Origin: Euglena gracilis
Taxonomy: Eukaryota
Direction of reading: 5' to 3'
Length of the DNA stretch: 64,000 nucleotides
NCBI GenBank assembly: GCA_039621445.1
Contig: CP154954.1
Span: forward strand, 21,190,642-21,254,641
The position numbers were made by a program, and so were the translations under genes. The notes beneath the pieces were generated by a model. That model was not told the DNA's origin, searched no databases, and saw nothing but the letters and a program-made list of their open reading frames with translations. Positions 24,591 to 64,000 of this stretch are shown in pieces (within the stretch, counting starts at the first letter, position 1; each line of letters opens with the position of its first letter).

Positions 24591-26638
24591 CCTAACCTCC
24601 AGGGGGGTCCCTCAATCCCTCAGGGTGGATTAGAGTTGTAACCCTAACCCTACTCCTTCAAATAACCTCATAAATTCGTTTTGGCCACAGGTTAACGCCA
24701 TCAGGAATTCTTTTATGCCAAAATTGCACTTTTTATGCTCCACAGGGTGTGGCCAAGGGTTTGGATGCTTTTGAAAAGGAAAACTATTGAGGTCGTTTCT
24801 ATCGACCATGTGGTCGGCCCGACCTCCAATGTGGTCGGTAACCGCAACAGGTCAGCCCGACCTATAGTCAAAAGTCCTTTGAAAAGGGGGGGGGGCGTAA
24901 TGCGGTACAGTGGCAATTTCTGTCGATCTCCAGAGGTCGGCCCGACCTCCAGAACTAGCATGGTCAATATTCCGCCCGGGGCTGCAATTTTCGGTGACTT
25001 TCAGTGATTTTACGTTAATTTTTGAAATGTTAATGAAATGTTAACCAAGTTTTGAATAGTGCTGAGCTCTTAAGGGGACTTGCATGTAATGGAAGGCCGA
25101 AAAGACTAGGATTCCAAACTTCACGTTTCTGATATGTTAACCCCCCCATTAGGGCGGGATTGAGGTTGAGGTTTGGAAAAAAACCTCAACCTCAATGTCA
25201 ACAACCTCAACCTCAACCTCAACCTCAATGTGACCTCAATGTCCAAAATTCAAATAATTGAACTCACAAAAAGCATCGATGGGACCATCTCGTCTTGAAA
25301 AAACCTTCCTCAAAGGCAAGTTTGTCAGCTTTTCTGCCAATTTGCAACATAAGTGGGTGGAAACAAGAAAAACATTGTGGGTTGGTGATTTAAAACTTGA
25401 GATAAGTGACAAACTGCCCAATTTTTGAAAAAATCCATGTAATTTGCCTCTCTTTGTAACACTTTGTTCAAAGCTTTTTGTCGTTGAATCATTTTCCTTT
25501 GTATTTTGGCATTGAGGTGACATTGAGGAAAGATGGAGGTTGGAAAACCTCAACCTCAACCTCAACCTCAACCTCAACCTCAACCAACCTCAACCAATAC
25601 CAATCCAGCCTTGCCCCCATACACCCCATACCCGTTTTGTTGGATTTTTTCGACTTTTTTGACGCGTTTTTGATCCAAAGTCAATGGGTTGGCGGCCAAA
25701 AACGGGGCTCTGGCGGGGCGAAAAATGCTCATTTTCGGCTCAAAAACAGTTTTTCCAGGTCCGGGAGGCCAAAAAACATCGTTTTAGGCAAAAAAAATTC
25801 GACGTTTTGGGAATTTTTGGGACTTTTTTGACCCGTCTTTGACCCAGACTCCATAGGTTTCGGGCCAAAAACGGGGTCGGGGGTCGAAAACCGCTCATTT
25901 TCGGCCCAAAAACAGTTTTCCCAGGTCCGGGAGGCCCAAAAACATCGTTTCGGGCAATTTTTTTTAAATTTTTAAATTTTTTGACCCGTTTTTGACCCAA
26001 AGTCAATGGGTTTTGGGCCAAAAACGGGGCGCCGGCGGGTCAAAAAAACGCACATTTTCCACTCAAAAACAGGTTTTCCGGGTCCGGGAGGCCCAAAAAC
26101 ATGGTTTCGGGCAAAAAAATTCGAATTTTTTCAACTTTTTTTGACCCGAAAATGACCCAAAGTTCATTGGTTTCGGGTTCAAAAAGGGGGGTGGAGGGGT
26201 CGAAAAGTGCTCGTTTTCGGTTTGAAAACACTTTTTCAGGTCCGGGAGGCCAAAAAAAACATGACTTTGGGCCAACAAAATTTTTCGACTATTTTTTGTC
26301 CGAAAACGGCCCAGTCTGACAGTGGAAAAGGTTACAAAATGTCCCAAATTGGCCGAAAAACGGCCGTATCTCGGGCTTGGCGGGGAGGTGCGGGGAAATC
26401 AAAATACCAGTGGGTAGGGAGGGCGTCCCAAAGGCTTCAATTTTGGTCTCCAGGAATTTCCTTTGATTTTGCATCATTTTCGAGATATTATTGAAAATAT
26501 CGAGGGAGCACGCCGTCAACCAGCCGTCGGCCAGCCGTGTGACTCACAGGAAAATGACCCGAGCCAATTCAGAAGTTCGCTGTTGATCTTCCTTCAAGGT
26601 CATGTTCATCGTTGGTGGAGGCTGCATATTGCCCATTT

Positions 26639-27601
26639 AAACCGGCGTTTGAGACGCCGGGTTCAGGACAGAACCGGCGTCCCCCCCCACGGGTTTTACG
26701 GACGCCGGTTCTGTCCTAAAACCCGGCGTTAGGAACGCCGGTTTTGTCCAAAACCCGGCGTCCGGTTTTCATTCCTAAAAATGTCACCAAAAGTGCCCCA
26801 AAGTGGCCCTAAGGTGCTGGTATGACTGTTTCAACCATCTAGGACAATGAATTTTGCCATTTGGGGACCACTGGGGTGGATATCCAAATTTGGTGAAAAT
26901 TGGCCCAGATTTGGAAATAGAGTACCGTGCATAGTGGAAAGATCTGATGACCACCGCTGGTCGTCTGTTGAAAAGAGCTTTCGATCGAGGGGTAACTTGG
27001 TACCCTAACGTTGCACGCAGCCCGAGATACGCTCGCGATCGTCGGATCATCCTGAATCTGAGTCGAAATTTGGGGTAATTTTCAGTGATTTTTGGTTTAA
27101 GATGCTGAATAAACCTTACAGAAATGTGTTTTCTCTTCGAATCGACCACCTGAGGGGTCCTAGGGGGCACCAGAGTTGTGAAATTAGGATTTCCTAGTGA
27201 CAGAAAATAAGAGATCCAGGCGGCGTGGATGAATTTGGTGGTGATCGCTAGTCGTCTGATGAAAAGAGCTTTCGATTGAGGGGTGAGTTTGTCCCTCGAC
27301 TATTGACACAGCCAGAAATACCCTCGCGATCGCCGGAATTTGGTGAAATGCAAAGTGGCGTGACATTGCAGATTAGTGGTTGGAAATTGGTCCTGGGAGT
27401 GTCCTTTGCCCGAAGGGTGGGGACGCCGGTTCTGTCCTGAACCCGGCGTCTCTAAAACGCCGCTTTAAACAAGGGGTGGCGGACGCCGGTTCTGTCCAAA
27501 ACCCGGCGTTCCGGACGCCGGTTCCGTCCTTCGGACGGAACCGGCGTCCGGAACGCCGGGTTTTGGACAGAACCGGCGTCCGCCACCCCTTTTTTGTAGT
27601 A
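26639..27601. mobile_element. Non-autonomous element with the same end architecture as the YR-PHD element
   Basis: About 48-bp inverted repeat (26639-26686 vs 27419-27466). Perfect 59-bp hairpin at 27471-27591 with GTCC-TTC-GGAC centre and a 10-nt tail. Inserted in CCCATTT^GAAGTC without TSD; the uninterrupted site is seen at 38071-38083. Confidence 0.85.
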
Positions 27602-28644
27602 GAAGTCATTTTTCGTCAATTTTTGTGAATTTTGCCAATTTTGGACCTTTTTAACCAATTTTGACCTTTTTGGCCTATTTTTGGGTCATTCTCTTGTCAT
27701 TGTGAAGAATTTTTGTCCACAAATTAATTGAATAACAAAAATTGCTCGCAACTGGTGTCCCATTTTTAATGGACTGGCAAAACTTACTTGATAATGAACA
27801 AAAAAAAGCTCAAATTTTGTGTGAAATGGAGGGTGTGTCCCCTATGCCCCCCCCCTGCGACCCCCCCCCCCGACCCACACATAACACATGGAGGGTTTCC
27901 GCATCCCAGGAGGAGCCAAAAATGGCACCTAATCAGGGATTGGCACCAAATTAGGAATCAAAATTGCCAAAAAATGTGTGATAAATTTCTAATTCAATCT
28001 ATTTCTAAACCAAAAGTTCTAAAAATAGGTCCCAACTGACATTGTATGTGAGTTGGGACCTATGAGTTAGGACCTATGTGAGTTGGGACACCTGGGCAAG
28101 CAAGTGGCACGAACGTTCTACTCCCTCAATCTGGCCTTCCATGCCATTGGTGACCCTCAATTGAAACACTTGTTCAATGTCGTTGCCCCAGGCCAGGTGA
28201 CAGCATGCCCAACTGCTTTCCTTTGCAGAGCTGTGACCTGGTCCTGGTTTCCAGCTGCCAAGCTCGAGGAAGCTGGGAAGAGAGTTCCTTGACGAGATCT
28301 ATGCAGAGCAACGAGCTGCCTTGAAGGAGGAGTTGATATGCGAGAAGGAACAAGATGACCCAGAATTTCACCAAGTTGTTGTGTAACATGATGCATGATT
28401 TCAGCCGTAGATCACTGCCGACAGACATTTTTCTTTGGGCGCGATGACCATGTACCCAATTTTCTGCTCTCACCCCCCCCCCCCCCGGAGGGATCGGCAC
28501 ACCTCACCCAGTCTAGAAATGTCTTCATTGAAGCACAATAATTTCATGAACAATTCAACCACTGCCAAAACTCAGAAGTGAAAATGGTTTAAAGTCTTGT
28601 TTTTACCATGTACAATATTGGTAATCAGCAGCATCTTTGGAGCA

Positions 28645-60337
<31,693 letters not shown>

Positions 60338-60921
60338 ACTGCCCCGGTGAGCAATTGGCCACCACATGGGTACGTGCACCATCTTGCCTCCAGTTCTGTG
60401 TTTTGCCTGCCCCGCTGTACCATATCGCCCCATGCCAACCTCACCCTGATGACCTTGGCAACACAGTCGTGACCCTTGGAGCCTGAATGGCTCAGCAGTT
60501 TCCTCGAACTCAGTGGGTCGAGGAAAGGGGTCCCCCCCCCCCCCAACCTGCCATGGGGAGTCCAGACCAACCCCGGGGGGTCCGACCCTCCAAATGCCCA
60601 TTCATCGAACCCTGCTCCCTCGTGATGCACCACTCCCCCCAACCCACGGGTTTTGTGCTGTTAAAACGCTTCATTTTATTGTATTGAGTCCAATGCACCC
60701 CACCAGGCAATCATCAAATTAAGCTTATGCTGGTGCTTTGTGCTCCCAGGGGGAGGGGGCGTTTCCTTAATATTTTTGGAGTGATGCTTTTTTCCCTTGG
60801 AGTGACATTTATGGCATGAAGCGGAGGGGGTATGTGTGGGGGGTGGTGTGGGGGGGGGGTGGTTAGGTGTTGTGTGTGGCTGGTTGCACAGGAAAGGGAT
60901 CTTGTTATCTTGGTTTGGGGG

Positions 60922-61393
60922 CAGGGTATTTCTTAAGCCGGAGGGAACCCCATCCCTGGGGAGGGGTCCAGCCAGCCAGCAGCTCAAATCCACCAAATCG
61001 GGGCTGGGAGCCCCCCCCCCAGGGGGTCGAGTGAAATAAAGTTGGGTCCAGCCCAGCCGGAGGCCTGGCCAGCCGGCCGCAGGCTGGTCAGCCAACTGGG
61101 CTGCCCAGCTCACCTATCCCTGCATTTTTTTTCTCATCACAGCTTCCTTGCCCTCAATGTCTGGCACATGCACTAGCTCCATCCATCAAAATGTCGAGAA
61201 GGCAAAACTTTTTCAGAAAATTTTGTTTTTTTATCGACCCAGCCCAGCACAGCCCCCTCCAGCCCCGGACCCCCCTTCCCCCCCCCCATCCCCCAGGGGG
61301 GGGGTCCAGCCAGCAGCTCGTTTCCAGCCAGCAGCCTTTTTTCTGGCTGGAGGCTGGACGCCCCCCCCCCCGGGGTCTTTAAGAAATCCCCTG
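60922..61393. mobile_element. Intergenic hAT-type MITE (47818 family)
   Basis: CAGGGTATTTCTTAAG ... TTAAGAAATCCCCTG; TSD TTTGGGGG / TTTGGGGA. Confidence 0.8.
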
Positions 61394-61785
61394 TTTGGGG
61401 ACCTGCCCCCCCCCTGACGAGGCAGAAGGCCAAGTAAGTCAAAAAAAAAACGACGCCAAAAATGTGTGGTGTAGCGTGGGGGGATGTGGGGGTGCGGGGG
61501 GAGGGGGTAGTGTGGGGGGAGTGTGGGGTATGTGGGGTATTGTGCTTTCCGCCATCACCTACACAAAGGAGTGCGTGATTGGTGGTTTGGTGCCGATACC
61601 TGACCTTTGACGCCGCAATGTGATCTGACGTCCGGGACTGTTTTGGGCTTCTGAATTCGCGGGCATCCCCCAAGTGCACCGCCTCGGGTTCCCTCTGCGT
61701 GCCAGCCAGTTCTTGGGATGATGCCTGCCCCCCCCTCCCCCTGTGCCGCCCGCCTCCAACCAGCCACCCCACCCCGCCCGCCGGG

Positions 61786-63672
61786 ATGGCCGGCTGGCTC
61801 CCTCTGCCGTGGCTCTGGGCCAGGCTTCTGCTTAAGGGATTGCAGTACCCGGGGGGGGGGGGCTGGAATGCAGCTAGTCCAAATTTGGCTAGTGGGATTT
61901 CTAGCGGACCCCCCCCCCGGGGGGGTCCTTGAGCAAAAGCCTGCTCTGGGCGGCGCTCTCCCTGCCGTGGGGCGCGTGGGGGGTCCCGCAGAGCCACATC
62001 CGCCTCCTCAACGCGTGCAGCGACTGTCCGCCGCTGCAGCTGTTCGAGGGAGGAGGGCGGCCCCGCCGGGGTTGTGGGTGGTTTTTGTTTGCACTCAGGC
62101 GACAACCCCACCTGAGGACATTTTCGGCAGGTTCTGAGCTTTCACTGGGGCACATTCGAAGGAGGAAGATTGAAAGTTGAGCATTTACAGATTCTTGGAA
62201 TGCATCAAAATGTTATGCACAAATGCATTTTTTTGAAGTTGAGGTATTGTTTATTTCTACGTCTCTCCATTTATCATCATGATGTGTATGTTATGCATCC
62301 ATACATACGTTATCTTCATCACATCTTCAACGACATGTCTATATCGGCATGCATGCATACAAAAATGCATTTTTAAATATGTCTGCTGTGAAGATGCTTC
62401 ATTTCTCTTTTGCTTTCCAGAAGAAAAAACGGTACTGCTCTCCCCCAGTCATGCGAAGGTGATCCGCTCCCAGCCCTACAGCCAGATCAGAGATTTTTTT
62501 TTTACGTTTGGTGTCCCGGGGGGGGGGTCAAGCAAAGTGGGCACCCCCCCCACTTCCCTCTATTTTCAGTGCGAAGCGAAGTCGATTTTGGACCCCAGAA
62601 TTGACCCCAAAAGTGCCCCCCCCCCCCGCCGCCTGCCCACCCCAAGGGTTCTTGGGTGGGACCGGACCCCCTCCCGTGGTCCTAAAAAAAATGCCTGAGC
62701 CGGATCTCGGAGTACGTCACCCTCCCGGTGGGGCCGGCCCACATCACCGTCCGGGTTCGCAACCAGGCCGTCTTTCCTGCTTTTTGTGTACCCATCCTCC
62801 AGGTTTCCCCGCCAGACCGGCCCCACCCCACACTACCCCATCCTTTAACATCCTATGGTCCCACAACCGCTTAGCACCCCCCCCCCCCGCGTCCAACCAC
62901 CAAATAGTCACCCCAGAGGGAAAAATGCTGAAGAAGCAAGAGACAACACTGTGCAAAAACCACACGGTGTGCTGAAAATACAGGCAAGGTGGGTTTGCCA
63001 ATTTTTGGGTTTTGGGCAGAATTATAAAATTGACCAAAACGCTTTGTTTCACACTGCAGGTTTTATTATTTTTAAGGCAAAATTTTTCAAATGTTACAAG
63101 ACGGGGGTTTTAAGGTTTTTAAAGGTTTTTAAGGCATTTTGAGAATTTTTGAGAATGTTTAAGGCGTCTATTGTCCATGGGAGATGGGCGGTCAAAGGGC
63201 CGTCCGGGCATCGAACCAACGTCGGTCCAGGTTGAAAATAAAAAAAACAAACAAAACATTTTTTTTGGAGTTTGGGTGTATCGACAATGTTCCAGCGATG
63301 CCAGAAATCATTTTCCCCTCTGGAGTTGGCTTGCTTTTTTTTGCTGAGATTTTACGACTTCTTATTTTTTTGCTGGAAATTCGCAAAAAAAATTCCGGAC
63401 GAATTTTTTTAAAGGTTGTTGAAGGTTTATTTTGAATTTTTTTCAGGCATTTTGGAAAAAAAGATTCCTCCCAGGGACGACAGCAGTGGCTGGCCGCCTG
63501 CCCGGAACTCCACCACGCTGCTACGGCAGGAGCCGGTGCACCTCCCGCCGAACCCCATGGCCAGGGCCCGCGGTGCGCCCGGTGCAGTCTGTTGCAGCCC
63601 TCTCGGCCCCGTCTCCTTGGGGGTCCGTTGTGCCACGCAAGCCCTGTGGTGGACGTACGTGGTGTTCGGGAC
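61786..63672 (+). CDS. Secreted DUF4397-like protein, 3'-incomplete
   Basis: Exons 61786-61817, 61949-~62056, ~62449-62484, 62703-62760, 63476-63558 and 63652-~63672. They give MAGWLPLPWLWAALSLPWGAWG (signal-like), SHIRLLNACSDCPPLQLF...PYSQISEYVTLPVGPAHITVR...TYVVFGT. This resembles DUF4397 (RllhasPDaP...Y...SeY..lp.G) from memory; not searched. Confidence 0.65.
61821..61943. mobile_element. Exon-inserted 123-bp MITE forming nonconventional intron 61818-61948
   Basis: TIR CAGGCTTCTGCTTAAGG / CCTTGAGCAAAAGCCTG; perfect TSD CTCTGGGC. Confidence 0.9.
62488..62697. mobile_element. Exon-inserted MITE forming nonconventional intron 62485-62702
   Basis: CAGAGATTTTTTTTTA ... TAAAAAAAATGCCTG. TSD AGCCAGAT / AGCCGGAT. 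Removal restores PYSQISEY. Confidence 0.8.
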
Positions 63673-64000
63673 GTACGCTGCTTTGAGGACCAACTGGTGT
63701 GCCCCTCGTGCCTCCATGCCTGCAGTGGCACTGCTCCATTGCTTGTGCGACCGTTTGGTGTGCATGGACTGCTCGACATCGCGTGAGTTGGGTGAAGTTT
63801 CGTCGCAATGACATTTAAGGGAGAACAAATGCGCCTTATCTTTTTTTGTGTGTGTGTGTTATAAAATCCATGTGTAGTTCTTTTTGATCACCATTTGAGG
63901 GAACTCAAAGTTGACCGAAACGTGCATTTACCTGGAGGTTCTTTTTGATTCAACAAATTTTTTGGAAAACGTTGAATGGCAGAGTCTCTGCCAATATTTC

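Overview
Eukaryotic, transposon-saturated genomic DNA; no rRNA, tRNA or CRISPR array was seen. The intron style (GT-AG introns mixed with non-GT-AG introns of the form N3-CAG...CTG-N5 whose ends base-pair) indicates a euglenid host (inference). Main content: (1) a GH31 alpha-glucosidase-like gene on + with 28 traceable exons (28645-60337, about 856 aa in one frame, 5' exons not found) whose catalytic nucleophile motif WIDMNE reads WLKANA. (2) The 5' part of a secreted DUF4397-like gene (61786 onward). (3) Many hAT-type non-autonomous elements with CAG/CAT/CAA termini and 8-bp target-site duplications (TSDs). Five sit inside exons, where element plus one TSD copy is exactly a nonconventional intron (3+5 = 8 nt). 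(4) An intact 2.56-kb element (16379-18937) carrying a 4-exon tyrosine recombinase-PHD finger gene. It has asymmetric 50-bp inverted repeats, a terminal 60-bp perfect hairpin, no TSD and a TTT^GA target. Two non-autonomous relatives and an empty site lie in the same window. All coordinates were read by eye and may be off by a base or two.
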